64,000 bases of DNA from a virus, in IMG/VR virus record IMGVR_UViG_3300035152_000026, positions 22,002-86,001 of that record, one strand, 5' to 3'. The first letter of the stretch is position 1; the number at the start of each line of letters is the position of its first letter. Shown here one piece after another: positions 16,982 to 26,710 of the stretch. Position numbers and translations under genes: made by a program. The notes below the pieces were generated by a model, which saw only the letters and a list, made by a program, of their open reading frames with translations, did not search any database and was not told where the DNA came from.

Positions 16982-18082
16982 TTGTCCAAGTATCTCATTC
17001 CCGTGTTGAACTACACACAAGCAGCCGCCGCGGTGGCCGCTGCCCTTCGCGCGAGGCGAACCGCACTGCTGCTAGGTTCGCCAGGCGTTGGCAAAACGGC
17101 CCTCGTGCGTGATGCTGCGGCCGCCATTGGGTTGCCTTGCCACGATCTGATCGCGTCCAACATGGACCCGACAGACGTCGCGGGGCTGCCATACCGCGAT
17201 CTACAGTCGGGTCGGGTGCTGCGCGAGCTGTTTCCCGAGATTCGGGCCGTCGTGGACGCTGCGGGTGTCTTATTCATCGACGAGGCGACCGCGATGCCGA
17301 AATCGGTCGAGGGCCCGATGCTACGTGTTGCGATGGAACGCAACGCAGGCGGCACGCCGTTGCACCCGGGCAGCCCCGTAGTACTCGCGTGCAACCCGCC
17401 GGAACAGGCACCGGGCGGCATCGAGCTGTCGGCGGCATTCATCAACCGGATCGTGCTGCTTCGCTATCAGCCCTCATTCGCGGAAGTGCAGTCCTACTTC
17501 AACGGTGAGGCGGTTCACGCTTCTCCCGTAGTGCTCGACGAGGACGCCTTCCAGGCCGCATGCGTTGCGGAGTTCGCTGACTTCGCCGCGACGCTTTCCC
17601 ACGCTACTGATCTGCTCGTTTATGATCCGCCGCGTGCAAGCGTTGATCAGGGCGAGCCGTGGGCATCCCCTCGCGGCTGGGAGATCGGCCTCTCCTGCCT
17701 GGCAGCGCATGGCGGTAAAGAGGATGACGTTGGCTACGCGCTCCTGACAGGTGCCGTAGGACCGTCCGCTGCTGGCGCGTACCTGGCAATTCGCAAGCTC
17801 CGTCTGCACCTGCCATCCATCGATGAGATCGCGGCCAACCCAACCAAGGCACGGCTGCCCGAATCGCTCGATCAGCAGATCGCTGCCCTGGGTCTCCTGG
17901 CCCGAGTCGCGCAGACCGATGTCTGGGCCGCGTGGACCTACGCGGGCCGGCTGCGGAAAGAGATTGGAGCTGCCTGCGGACGGTTCCTAATGAACAAGGT
18001 GCCGCAGGCCTCTAAGTTCGCCACCGTCGGGCGCAAAGCCCAAATCCAACTGCTGGCAAGAGTGCAGCGTGGGGCAGCATGA
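16982..18082 (+). CDS. MoxR-like AAA+ ATPase
   Basis: Walker A GSPGVGKT, Walker B LFIDEA. TTG start after a GGCCCCGAGGGGC motif and ggagga SD. Confidence 0.8.
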   Translation: MSKYLIPVLNYTQAAAAVAAALRARRTALLLGSPGVGKTALVRDAAAAIGLPCHDLIASNMDPTDVAGLPYRDLQSGRVLRELFPEIRAVVDAAGVLFIDEATAMPKSVEGPMLRVAMERNAGGTPLHPGSPVVLACNPPEQAPGGIELSAAFINRIVLLRYQPSFAEVQSYFNGEAVHASPVVLDEDAFQAACVAEFADFAATLSHATDLLVYDPPRASVDQGEPWASPRGWEIGLSCLAAHGGKEDDVGYALLTGAVGPSAAGAYLAIRKLRLHLPSIDEIAANPTKARLPESLDQQIAALGLLARVAQTDVWAAWTYAGRLRKEIGAACGRFLMNKVPQASKFATVGRKAQIQLLARVQRGAA

Positions 18083-19311
18083 CATCAGCGACCAGACAGC
18101 TCATCCAGCGTGCCCGAGGGCTTTTGTTGGGCCTTGGTTGGCGACACCCATTCTTTGCTCTACCCGGTGCGAAGATCTACCTGCGTGTGTCCATCCACAT
18201 CCAGACTGCTTGTGCTGACGTACGTGGATGCGTGTACCTCAATCCGAGTTTCTGCGATCAGCTCTCGGACAAGCAGCTTACCTTCGTTCTGGCGCACGAG
18301 ATCATGCATCTGCTGCTGTTTCACTTTGGGCGGCGAATGAACCGCAAGCCGTTCCGCTGGAATCGTGCCGCGGATCGCGCAATCAACTTCGGTCTCGTGC
18401 AAATAGGGCTGGAAATGCCGCCCATGGGGTTACTTCCCACCGACCCGGCGCATAACGAGTACACAACAGAAGAACTCTACGAGGTCGAGGAAGAACAGCC
18501 AGGCGATGACGGTCAAGCCTCGCTGGGCAAGATGCCCGGAGCAACCGGTGGTTGTGGCGTGCTTCCACCTCAGGGTGGTGATGGCGATGGTGATGACGAT
18601 GGCGCCGAGGGTGAAGCACCAGAAGACGGCGCGGCGTTTCCCTCCACAGCTGAGTCAGCACGGACCTGGCGGCAGCTTGCTCACAGCGCTGAGCAGAACG
18701 CGCGCTCGGCAGGCGACTGCTCTGGAGATCTGCTTGCACGCGTGCTCCGCGTTCCACCATCCAAAGTGGCGTGGACTGCGGTGCTACGCAACGCATGTGC
18801 ACGTGCAATCGCTGAACGCGGCAACGACGACGTTAGTTGGCAGCGACGCAACCGGCGGTCGTTCGCGGGCGACTTCATTCTCCCAGGTGGAATCACGTCC
18901 AAGGCACTCGTCGCTGTGGCGGTAGACACCAGCGGTTCTGTCTCTGACGAAGACCTCGAACAAGCACTCAGCGAGGTGGAAGCAATCAGCCGTGCGACGG
19001 GTGTGGCCATATTTCTGGTCACACACGACGCGGAGGTGCACTTCGCCGACTGGATCCGTCCCGGCACACGACGAGCTGCTCTCGCCAAGACTCTGATCGG
19101 TCGCGGCGGAACGCTATACACGCCTGCGTACGCGGCCATCGAGAGCGCCAGCAAGAAGTTCGACTACGCGATCCATCTGACAGACGGTATGCCGTGTGAG
19201 ACGTGGCCTGAACGGCCGCGCAACTGCCGTAAGCTGACCGTCGCCTTGATCGGTTACGCGAGCAGAAAAGAAATTCCTGAGTTCGCTGATGTCATCGAGA
19301 TAGAAATCTGA
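18079..19311 (+). CDS. VWA-domain protein with N-terminal putative metallopeptidase domain (DUF2201-like)
   Basis: HEIMHLLLFH HExxH motif. VAVDTSGSVS MIDAS-like motif. ATGA-coupled to the MoxR ATPase. Confidence 0.75.
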   Translation: MTSATRQLIQRARGLLLGLGWRHPFFALPGAKIYLRVSIHIQTACADVRGCVYLNPSFCDQLSDKQLTFVLAHEIMHLLLFHFGRRMNRKPFRWNRAADRAINFGLVQIGLEMPPMGLLPTDPAHNEYTTEELYEVEEEQPGDDGQASLGKMPGATGGCGVLPPQGGDGDGDDDGAEGEAPEDGAAFPSTAESARTWRQLAHSAEQNARSAGDCSGDLLARVLRVPPSKVAWTAVLRNACARAIAERGNDDVSWQRRNRRSFAGDFILPGGITSKALVAVAVDTSGSVSDEDLEQALSEVEAISRATGVAIFLVTHDAEVHFADWIRPGTRRAALAKTLIGRGGTLYTPAYAAIESASKKFDYAIHLTDGMPCETWPERPRNCRKLTVALIGYASRKEIPEFADVIEIEI

Positions 19312-19314
19312 AAC

Positions 19315-19328
19315 GTCCCCGAGGGGAG
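19315..19328 (+). promoter_or_regulatory. GTCCCC-GA-GGGGAG start-proximal motif
   Basis: 7 nt upstream of ATG 19336. Confidence 0.5.
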
Positions 19329-19335
19329 AATAGAC

Positions 19336-20235
19336 ATGGGTTACAAAGCACGCACCAACAAGAAGGGCAACAAAGCAGGCAAAGCCAACAAGGCCAAGAA
19401 GCTACAACACGTAGAGCGCGCACCTTCGCGGGGCGCGCCACCGATCAAGATCCAGCCCGGGTATCTCGTGGTCTCGACGAGCAAAGTGACTGGCGGAATC
19501 AGTTACGACCGCGAGTACGGTGAGGAGCTGAGAATCAACGAGAACCAGGGTGTGCAGATCTCGCTGCATACAGTCAAGACCGTGGATCATGTCGAGATCG
19601 CGGCCGCGCTCGACGCGCTGAAAAAGAAGGCGGACTACGCTTTCAAAAAGCACTGTGCACACAGCGCATTCAACTGGTGGTACGCGGACGACGTCTCACT
19701 CAAAGCTCTGGAAAAGGAGATCGCCGAGCTACAACGCGAGGAACGTGTGCTCAATGCCGCAGCAAAGGCTGTAGGTTCGGCACGCCGCGCCCATATCGGG
19801 ATCATCGCCGGAAAGATCGATGTGGCGACACCGCTTGTCGCGGCTGAGATAGCGCGTACGATTTGTGACGTGCTTTCGGACGTGATTGCAGCGTTTCGTA
19901 CAGGGCAAGTCAAACGCGTCCTCGATGACGACGGCAAGGTGATTCAACAGAACGCGCTACACGCGCCGTTGCTACGTTGCAAGAACCTAGACCGCCTTGC
20001 AGTCGGGACCGCCGGAGAAGCCGTGAAGATCGCGTTGCAGCACGTGCCGCATGTCCGAGCTGAGATCATCGAAGCCATCGAGAAAGATGGTATGGAGCCT
20101 GCTGAAGCAGGTGCACGCGTCGATCTCGAACCGTTCGAGAACGCTATCACATGGTTTGAGGAGGGCAGTATCGGCACCGATCTGGTAAGCCCTGATGAGG
20201 TTGCCGCCGCGTTGCAAGATGCGATGAAAGGTTAG
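19336..20235 (+). CDS. hypothetical protein (Lys-rich N-terminus)
   Basis: GTCCCCGAGGGGAG motif 7 nt upstream. 299 aa. Confidence 0.6.
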   Translation: MGYKARTNKKGNKAGKANKAKKLQHVERAPSRGAPPIKIQPGYLVVSTSKVTGGISYDREYGEELRINENQGVQISLHTVKTVDHVEIAAALDALKKKADYAFKKHCAHSAFNWWYADDVSLKALEKEIAELQREERVLNAAAKAVGSARRAHIGIIAGKIDVATPLVAAEIARTICDVLSDVIAAFRTGQVKRVLDDDGKVIQQNALHAPLLRCKNLDRLAVGTAGEAVKIALQHVPHVRAEIIEAIEKDGMEPAEAGARVDLEPFENAITWFEEGSIGTDLVSPDEVAAALQDAMKG

Positions 20236-20237
20236 TC

Positions 20238-20251
20238 GTCCCCGAGGGGAG
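20238..20251 (+). promoter_or_regulatory. GTCCCC-GA-GGGGAG start-proximal motif
   Basis: 6 nt upstream of ATG 20258. Confidence 0.5.
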
Positions 20252-20257
20252 CGTGCC

Positions 20258-20983
20258 ATGAAGCCATTTGAGGAAGTTGAAGTCCGTGTTCGATGCCAGC
20301 ACAAGGTGCACTACATTCGGTTGCAGAAATCTGGTCGGTTGACGTTGTGTGATCACGAGGAGTCTGTAGCTACCCTGATCGACGCAGCGAAGGCTGCCAG
20401 AACGATTGGTAGCAACCTGGTTCGTTGCGGTGAGGTAGCTGCTGCCTGGCGTGTAGGAGATTATCGTCGGCTGCCTGACCCATTGCGCCAACCGTGTCAG
20501 CAGGCGTTTCAGCGTGCTCTGGATCGGCAAGCTATCGCGTATATGCCCGCACCGCGGACTCTCCACGAACGGTTGGTTGGTCGAACACGCGCTGCTGCGA
20601 TGTATGTTCTCCAACACCGCGCGGAGTACAGGCGAGCGCAGAGTAGCTGGGTCGGCGGTGAACACGCCATAGACGTGACTGTAGGCCCGACCGTGAGCGC
20701 GGAAGGGGGCAGTGAAAAGGTCTGGCACGCCAAGCATACGTGGTCAGGCACGAACAGCCACCTACGAGTCTGTGTCCGCCGTGATTGGCTGTTCCAGGTC
20801 TTCGATAGAGGCTTGGCGAACATCGACGGGGTTTTTGTCCTCGACGTGTTGGACGCCGAACAGCCGAACGCAATCGAGGTCGTAGCCGTACGACAAAGTC
20901 GCGGATTCTCGGTGCGAGCTGCGAACGCTGTGATCCGTACGCAGCCAGACGGTCAACGGAAGCTGCATTGGAGGCGTGCATGA
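20258..20983 (+). CDS. hypothetical protein
   Basis: GTCCCCGAGGGGAG motif 6 nt upstream. Confidence 0.55.
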   Translation: MKPFEEVEVRVRCQHKVHYIRLQKSGRLTLCDHEESVATLIDAAKAARTIGSNLVRCGEVAAAWRVGDYRRLPDPLRQPCQQAFQRALDRQAIAYMPAPRTLHERLVGRTRAAAMYVLQHRAEYRRAQSSWVGGEHAIDVTVGPTVSAEGGSEKVWHAKHTWSGTNSHLRVCVRRDWLFQVFDRGLANIDGVFVLDVLDAEQPNAIEVVAVRQSRGFSVRAANAVIRTQPDGQRKLHWRRA

Positions 20984-21342
20984 CTGATCGCAAGTTGGTA
21001 ATCGCTGCGTTGGCTACCACAATTGCCATCGCATCAGTAAGCGCGGTCGGGGTGGTCCTCGTGTATCAACAAAACGTCCAGCTCCAACAGAAGCTGCGTA
21101 GTGAGGCACATGAACGCGCTGACGCGAACGCTGTCTATGAGTTGGCGTGGCGTCAGCTGCTAGGGGTGCAGTTCCTGCTGATGGACTTGAAGGGAGACGT
21201 GGAGAGGGTGTGCAAACAGCACGACCCGGACGAGGTCGAGATACTCCTGCGTGCGCTCAAAGTGGCCGCGTTTCACACACAGAACTGTGACTTCGCCGAA
21301 CTGGCTACAAGACAACAAGCCGTGGACGGGAGCACACCATGA
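20968..21342 (+). CDS. membrane-anchored coiled-coil protein
   Basis: N-terminal TM helix LVIAALATTIAIASVSAVGVVLVY. Confidence 0.45.
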   Translation: MEACMTDRKLVIAALATTIAIASVSAVGVVLVYQQNVQLQQKLRSEAHERADANAVYELAWRQLLGVQFLLMDLKGDVERVCKQHDPDEVEILLRALKVAAFHTQNCDFAELATRQQAVDGSTP

Positions 21343-22631
21343 GCCGCGAACGAGACCGCCGCGCGCCAGGGGCACTACCCCATGCGACACCGCAACGTGG
21401 TGGCGGATCACCCGGCAAGCGTACGCGCGTGCAGGCGCGTTACGGCAACGTTCCACCACCAATGCTGCCGCGACCTGAGATCGCGCAAGCAACCGTTCGA
21501 GCGCAATCCTGGGACGGCGAGCCCAAAGACATCTCGAATCTTCGCGAGGGGGACCTCGTGGACGTCACACTGCAACTCGATAGCCCTGACTGGCGTGATA
21601 TGTACGTGACGCCTTACGTTGTCGGTGCGAGTCCCGTACTCGAATCCATCGAGCACATGGCTCCCTGGGAGGGAACGCGTGACACGTACCACTTCGCGTT
21701 GCGCGCCACAGGAAAGCTGGGCACGGTTACCCCAAAAGCCGTGCTTGCGTTCAGCGGCACCGACGAAGACACCGAGTACGAGTTCATGGCCAGCTGCACG
21801 ATGGACCTAGCTCAGTTCGAGGATCAATGCCATGTCGCCTCAGAACACGCTATGCTGGCGTTCCATCGCATGGCTGAAATTCTGACCGCCGAGGGCGCAG
21901 CGTATTTCAAGGCGTACAAGCAATTCGAGACTGTGTTGGAGACGCCGCCTGATGACTCTCTGGCGGAAACGCTGCTGCTTGCCGCGCTCACACTGCTAGC
22001 CGGTGCTGGCGGTAGCACGGTTGGAAGTCTCCTCAAAGGTGGCAGCAAAGAGATTGGCCGCGTGGCGTTCGCGGACAGCATGAAGGACCTGGTGAAGTTC
22101 AGCATCAAGAAAGGCGCGGGCGATCTTGGTAGTGAGCCGCCGTCGCTAGAAGGGGGTCCCGCAGAGCCCTTCCAGTGGTATATGCACATGTCCGGTCAGC
22201 TGCACGGTCAAATGCAGTTCGTGCAGGAGGTCATCGACAGTTGGCGGCGTTCGGTTCGAGCGCATCGAATGCTCGCGGACTTCGATCCCGCGGTCGTCAT
22301 TCAAACGCATTTGCAGTTTGACGGCGCACCTATGACTACTCGTCCGATGCCGGACGTGGCGCAGCTTGAACGCAGTTTCGAGCTTGCGATCTGGCAAGCG
22401 TGGTTGACTGACTATGGGTATGTCCTCGCGCGCTCTCCAGTATACGTTCCGCAGACCGGTCGTGGGGCGCTCACAGTGCAACAGAACTTCAACGACGCTG
22501 TCATCGAGCGCTTGGACGCCCTGGGTGTTGATGGCGCTGCTTGGGTCGTACGCTTCAGTGGCCACGCGAAGGCTGCCGTAGAAAAGACGTTGAAGAAACG
22601 CAGCCTGGAAGAATACGAAAACAACCGTTGA
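21339..22631 (+). CDS. hypothetical protein (430 aa)
   Basis: ATGA overlap. Long ORF with coding bias. Confidence 0.6.
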   Translation: MSRERDRRAPGALPHATPQRGGGSPGKRTRVQARYGNVPPPMLPRPEIAQATVRAQSWDGEPKDISNLREGDLVDVTLQLDSPDWRDMYVTPYVVGASPVLESIEHMAPWEGTRDTYHFALRATGKLGTVTPKAVLAFSGTDEDTEYEFMASCTMDLAQFEDQCHVASEHAMLAFHRMAEILTAEGAAYFKAYKQFETVLETPPDDSLAETLLLAALTLLAGAGGSTVGSLLKGGSKEIGRVAFADSMKDLVKFSIKKGAGDLGSEPPSLEGGPAEPFQWYMHMSGQLHGQMQFVQEVIDSWRRSVRAHRMLADFDPAVVIQTHLQFDGAPMTTRPMPDVAQLERSFELAIWQAWLTDYGYVLARSPVYVPQTGRGALTVQQNFNDAVIERLDALGVDGAAWVVRFSGHAKAAVEKTLKKRSLEEYENNR

Positions 22632-22640
22632 GAGGTTGAC

Positions 22641-22961
22641 ATGTTCGAGAAAGACTTCGACGCGCTGAACTGGAATGACAACGACTGGCCAACGATCTTC
22701 TACGAGATCGCTGAGGCTGTCGATGACGTCACAGCCAAAGACGTCCGTGATGCTGTTCTCGCGGCGTTCACTGCTTGTCCAGACAACGTATCACCGGAAC
22801 AGCGGCGCCAGGCTTATCGAAGCCTGCTACGCTACATCGTCGAAGACTACGCAAAGGTTGCCGGCGTAGATGCGGACCTGGCGTGTGATGCCCTCGTAGG
22901 TGCTGCACAGGCCAGCGAACCAATCAAACAAGAAGTGATTCGGCGACGAGTCATTACGTAA
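22641..22961 (+). CDS. hypothetical protein
   Basis: SD gagaggttgac. 106 aa. Confidence 0.5.
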   Translation: MFEKDFDALNWNDNDWPTIFYEIAEAVDDVTAKDVRDAVLAAFTACPDNVSPEQRRQAYRSLLRYIVEDYAKVAGVDADLACDALVGAAQASEPIKQEVIRRRVIT

Positions 22962-22985
22962 ATCGACATGTCAAAGGAATCTAGT

Positions 22986-23576
22986 ATGATGGCCGCGCAC
23001 ACACAAAACCTCTGGGCGTTGACTAACGCCTACAAATCTCGGGGAGAGCCGATGAACAAACAGATCACTCTTGAGGAGCTTTTGGACGAGATCGCGGCAG
23101 CGACACGCAGCGCTGAGCACTCACAAGACAGCGCTGATGATGTCATCCGAGCGATACGCGCTCTTGAACGAGCACTGCAAGAAAAGCTCGACGGCAACAC
23201 GTTGCGTGGACTGAAGAACCTCGGGCACAGCCGAGATCCTCTCTACGGGGCCCGTATCCGAGGTCAGTCAGACGCCCGCGTGAAATGGCCTGACCGAGAA
23301 AACGCGATGAGCGAAGCGCTCTTCCTGTCTCCTCAAGGGATACTTCGGGTCGCAGCTTGCCGCACTGACGAACATGGTGACATGTTCGACCTCGAAGTAC
23401 GTGATGCGGTAGACGACGACTTCGTCATCGAAGACCTGGCCGACTTCCTCAAGACGCTGATCGACGTAGGCCCTCGGACGGTTACCTACGCGACCAAGGC
23501 CCGTGAGCGGTACGCGGGCATTCGTGAGCTGGCCATCAACGCGATGCGACTTCTCACTGGCGGCACCCATGAATGA
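22986..23576 (+). CDS. hypothetical protein
   Basis: ATG preceded by an aaagga SD. An alternative start lies at 22968. Confidence 0.5.
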   Translation: MMAAHTQNLWALTNAYKSRGEPMNKQITLEELLDEIAAATRSAEHSQDSADDVIRAIRALERALQEKLDGNTLRGLKNLGHSRDPLYGARIRGQSDARVKWPDRENAMSEALFLSPQGILRVAACRTDEHGDMFDLEVRDAVDDDFVIEDLADFLKTLIDVGPRTVTYATKARERYAGIRELAINAMRLLTGGTHE

Positions 23577-23871
23577 TACACGTGAGAAGGCACGGGTAGC
23601 ACACGCAGAAGCGCTGGATGCACTTCAGAAGTGGTCTACTGCGAACGAAAAGCGTATGCAGCTAGCAGCTCAAGTAGCGCAAGCGGAGACGTTGAATACC
23701 AGTAACGCGAACATCGCCACGATCTATCAGCAGCTGTGTGATGAGGAGATGTTATGCGCGGGATGGGCTATCGTCGCCATGGCCAAAGCACAGCAGCTAA
23801 CGATGCAAGCCTACGATGAGTTGGCCCCCGAACCGCTTTTGTCAGTCTCGCATGGTACTACCGAGGAATGA
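23569..23871 (+). CDS. hypothetical coiled-coil protein
   Basis: Internal ATG overlapping the upstream stop. Confidence 0.4.
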   Translation: MNDTREKARVAHAEALDALQKWSTANEKRMQLAAQVAQAETLNTSNANIATIYQQLCDEEMLCAGWAIVAMAKAQQLTMQAYDELAPEPLLSVSHGTTEE

Positions 23872-24857
23872 CTGATTCACCAAAGCTGGCTGCGGACTCC
23901 GGTGACGTAGACTCCAACGACCCCGAAGTCGTGCTTGTCGATGGACGTAAACTCACGTTCGAGAACCTGACACCACGTCAGTCTTGGGCAGCTTTGGCAC
24001 GGGTTCATCTACAACAAGCCAATTTCCAGCGACGTAACTACGCTGGCTTCGAGCTAGCGGGACTCGACTTACGACACTCAAACTTGGCCGCGTGCGACTT
24101 CGCAGGTGCGAATCTTAGTGCCGTGAATCTAGACAACGCAAATCTCGACAGCGCGCTTTTCGTCAGCGCGAAAATGCAGGCCGCTGAGTTGGGTACGACG
24201 AATCTCCCTGACACCGACTTCAGCAGCGCGGATCTACGTGGTGCAACATTCATTAACTGCAACGCGTTCGGTGCAATATTCGACAAGGCCAAGCTACGCA
24301 AGGCGAAATTCACGCATAAGTCACGTTTCGCCTTCACGTCGTTTGAGTATGCGGATCTGCGTTACGCGGAGCTGAACGAAGTCGATTTCTCCGGTGCGTG
24401 CTTGGACAACGCAGACCTGAGTCATGCAGTAATCAAGGAAGCAGACTTCACCGGCGCCTCACTGTGTGGCGCCAAGCTGCACCACACAGTACTGGGGAAT
24501 GCAATCTTCGCGAATGCAGACCTCTCCAACGTAGACTTCGACTTTCTTTCACGCCTGTCGGTTGGTGCGTACTCCGACTTCACTGGGATGAAACTCAACG
24601 GCGCGCGAAACGTCCCCGAGGATTTTCATCAATGGGGGGTGCTGAACGAGTTGCAGCCGCTACTTCGACGTGTACCCCAGCCGCTACTTCGCACTAGCGA
24701 GGTTGGTCTCGATCACGTAACGACAGGCTTACGCAAGCTGTGGCTCGACCGTGCTGTCAGCGGCGTGGATTTCTTGCTCGAACCCTTAGATGAGCTGATG
24801 GACGCAGCTTACGCGATAGCGATTGCAATCGCGCCGAAGAATAAATCCAGGTTCTAA
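23868..24857 (+). CDS. pentapeptide-repeat protein
   Basis: Tandem A(D/N)LxxAxL pentapeptide repeats over ~200 aa. Confidence 0.7.
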   Translation: MTDSPKLAADSGDVDSNDPEVVLVDGRKLTFENLTPRQSWAALARVHLQQANFQRRNYAGFELAGLDLRHSNLAACDFAGANLSAVNLDNANLDSALFVSAKMQAAELGTTNLPDTDFSSADLRGATFINCNAFGAIFDKAKLRKAKFTHKSRFAFTSFEYADLRYAELNEVDFSGACLDNADLSHAVIKEADFTGASLCGAKLHHTVLGNAIFANADLSNVDFDFLSRLSVGAYSDFTGMKLNGARNVPEDFHQWGVLNELQPLLRRVPQPLLRTSEVGLDHVTTGLRKLWLDRAVSGVDFLLEPLDELMDAAYAIAIAIAPKNKSRF

Positions 24858-24859
24858 GT

Positions 24860-25528
24860 ATGAAGAAACCAAGCAACAACCGCGCGCATCCGTCCTACGG
24901 AATGATCTCGTGCGCTCGCTGTAACGGGCGTAGTGGCCGGCTGTTCGGCAGCTCGATCAAAGACCACCATGCGACCGTTCGGCTGACGATCAGCGAGGGC
25001 GAGGTCCACTTCGATCTGAGCAAGGAGTGGTACCACTCGACTGACCAGTACATCGAGGTCGAGATGTCAGCAGTTCAGTTTGCTGAGATGCTCACGTCAC
25101 TGAACTACGGCAACGGCGTGCCGTGCACGATTCGGTTCGTGCGCGGTACGGACCGTATCGAGGATCCTCCCGATGACGAGACGGAGGTCGAGCGCGTCCA
25201 CAACGGTTTCGAGGAGTACACCCAGGAGATCAGCGACCGCTACAAGAAGCTGACTGACGTTGTCGCGAAGGCCCTCAAACGTAGCTCGAAGAAGACCTGC
25301 GAAGAGGTCGAGAAGGCGGTCCAACTCCTTCACCAGGCCATCGTGGCCGACATGCCGTTCGCGGTTACGCAGTTTCAGCGGGCGACCGACAAGGTGGTTG
25401 CAGCCGCAAAAGCTGAGGTCGAGGCGTTCATCCAGAACGCGATCAACAAGACCGGCCTTCACGCACTGAACCACCCCGAGGCCCGCGCGATGCTCGAAGG
25501 CCACGAGGAGAAAAACATCGAGGAATAG
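24860..25528 (+). CDS. hypothetical protein
   Basis: ATG 3 nt after the upstream stop. 222 aa. Confidence 0.55.
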   Translation: MKKPSNNRAHPSYGMISCARCNGRSGRLFGSSIKDHHATVRLTISEGEVHFDLSKEWYHSTDQYIEVEMSAVQFAEMLTSLNYGNGVPCTIRFVRGTDRIEDPPDDETEVERVHNGFEEYTQEISDRYKKLTDVVAKALKRSSKKTCEEVEKAVQLLHQAIVADMPFAVTQFQRATDKVVAAAKAEVEAFIQNAINKTGLHALNHPEARAMLEGHEEKNIEE

Positions 25529-25532
25529 CCTG

Positions 25533-26240
25533 ATGAGAGAGGACATCGCACACGAAGACCTGAAACGTGCTGTGCTCGAAGCGGGCATTGAACACGCGGA
25601 CGTTGCGTTGCGCGTGCTCTCGCGGATAGATGGCGATCCTGACTTCCGAGACGCTGTAGCGGCCGCGGTGATGACCAAGGACTCGCAAGCCATCGTGACG
25701 CTTGCCTACGCGCACTTTAATCCCATCCCGGAGAGGCGAAATCCTCACGGCCAGAAACTGGAGCCGGAGTTGCCCAAGCTGGTCCCGTCCGTAAGCGTGG
25801 GCCAACTTGTACAGATGCTCAACGACCGAGCAGTGCTGGTTGCCTCGAAGTTGCTGAGCGATGGTGCTATCGACGCGACGGTCATGGGCTGCGTCAAAAA
25901 TCGCCTCTCAGCTATCATCGATTTGGTGCTCGGTATCCAGGACGATGGCTTCAACCGTGTCCGGTTGGAGAGCTGCAATCGGAACAACACTGTCATGATG
26001 GCGATCCGGGCGCGCATCGAGAAGGTTGCCGCACCCGTAGTGGATAAGGCACTTGCTACAATAGACTTCTCAGACCTTACCGAACGGATCGCTGTGAAGG
26101 CCCGGGCGGAAATCCGGGATGCCTACGACCGCACCGCCCGTGACTACATCAGGGAGCGTGTGAAATTGTGGGCTGAGACAAAAGCGCGGCTCGATATCGA
26201 TAAGCTGTTCGCGCAAACTGAGGCCGAACTGGAAGCATAG
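25533..26240 (+). CDS. hypothetical protein
   Basis: 235-aa ORF in the same operon. Confidence 0.55.
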   Translation: MREDIAHEDLKRAVLEAGIEHADVALRVLSRIDGDPDFRDAVAAAVMTKDSQAIVTLAYAHFNPIPERRNPHGQKLEPELPKLVPSVSVGQLVQMLNDRAVLVASKLLSDGAIDATVMGCVKNRLSAIIDLVLGIQDDGFNRVRLESCNRNNTVMMAIRARIEKVAAPVVDKALATIDFSDLTERIAVKARAEIRDAYDRTARDYIRERVKLWAETKARLDIDKLFAQTEAELEA

Positions 26241-26302
26241 CCGAATTCCTGCGGCTAGCGCATGATCAACGGACCGCTAAACTTTTTTTTGAGAGGGTAG
26301 CT

Positions 26303-26638
26303 ATGAGTAAACAGATAACCAACCTGACCGACGACACGTTCGACGCCTTCCTCGATTCAGAGCTGCCCACACTCGTGGACTTCACTGCGCGATGGTGTGG
26401 TCCGTGCAAGCAGATCAAACCCATCATCGAGAAGCTGGCGCGCGAGTACGAAGGGCGAGCCCAGGTCGCAGCTGTCGATGTGGATCAGTGCGAGAAGATC
26501 ACTGACCGCTACAGAATCCAGGCAGTCCCAACGTTGTTGATCTTCCGCAAAAAGGAAGTGGTCGCGCATCTCGTAGGCCTACTGCCGAAGCAAGAGATCA
26601 CCGACGAGCTGAACAAGTTTCTACCTTCTGAAGACTGA
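26303..26638 (+). CDS. thioredoxin
   Basis: WCGPCK active-site motif. 111 aa. Confidence 0.8.
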   Translation: MSKQITNLTDDTFDAFLDSELPTLVDFTARWCGPCKQIKPIIEKLAREYEGRAQVAAVDVDQCEKITDRYRIQAVPTLLIFRKKEVVAHLVGLLPKQEITDELNKFLPSED

Positions 26639-26710
26639 CCGTGTAGAGTGGTATGACCCACAGGCAGGCACTGTGACTGCTTGTGGGCTATGGGAACAAA
26701 GGAGCACAAG

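Noticed and set aside
26240-26302. Rho-independent terminator at the T8 run (26283-26290)
   Set aside because: The preceding GC stem is only 4 bp with an 18-nt loop, which is too weak to call.
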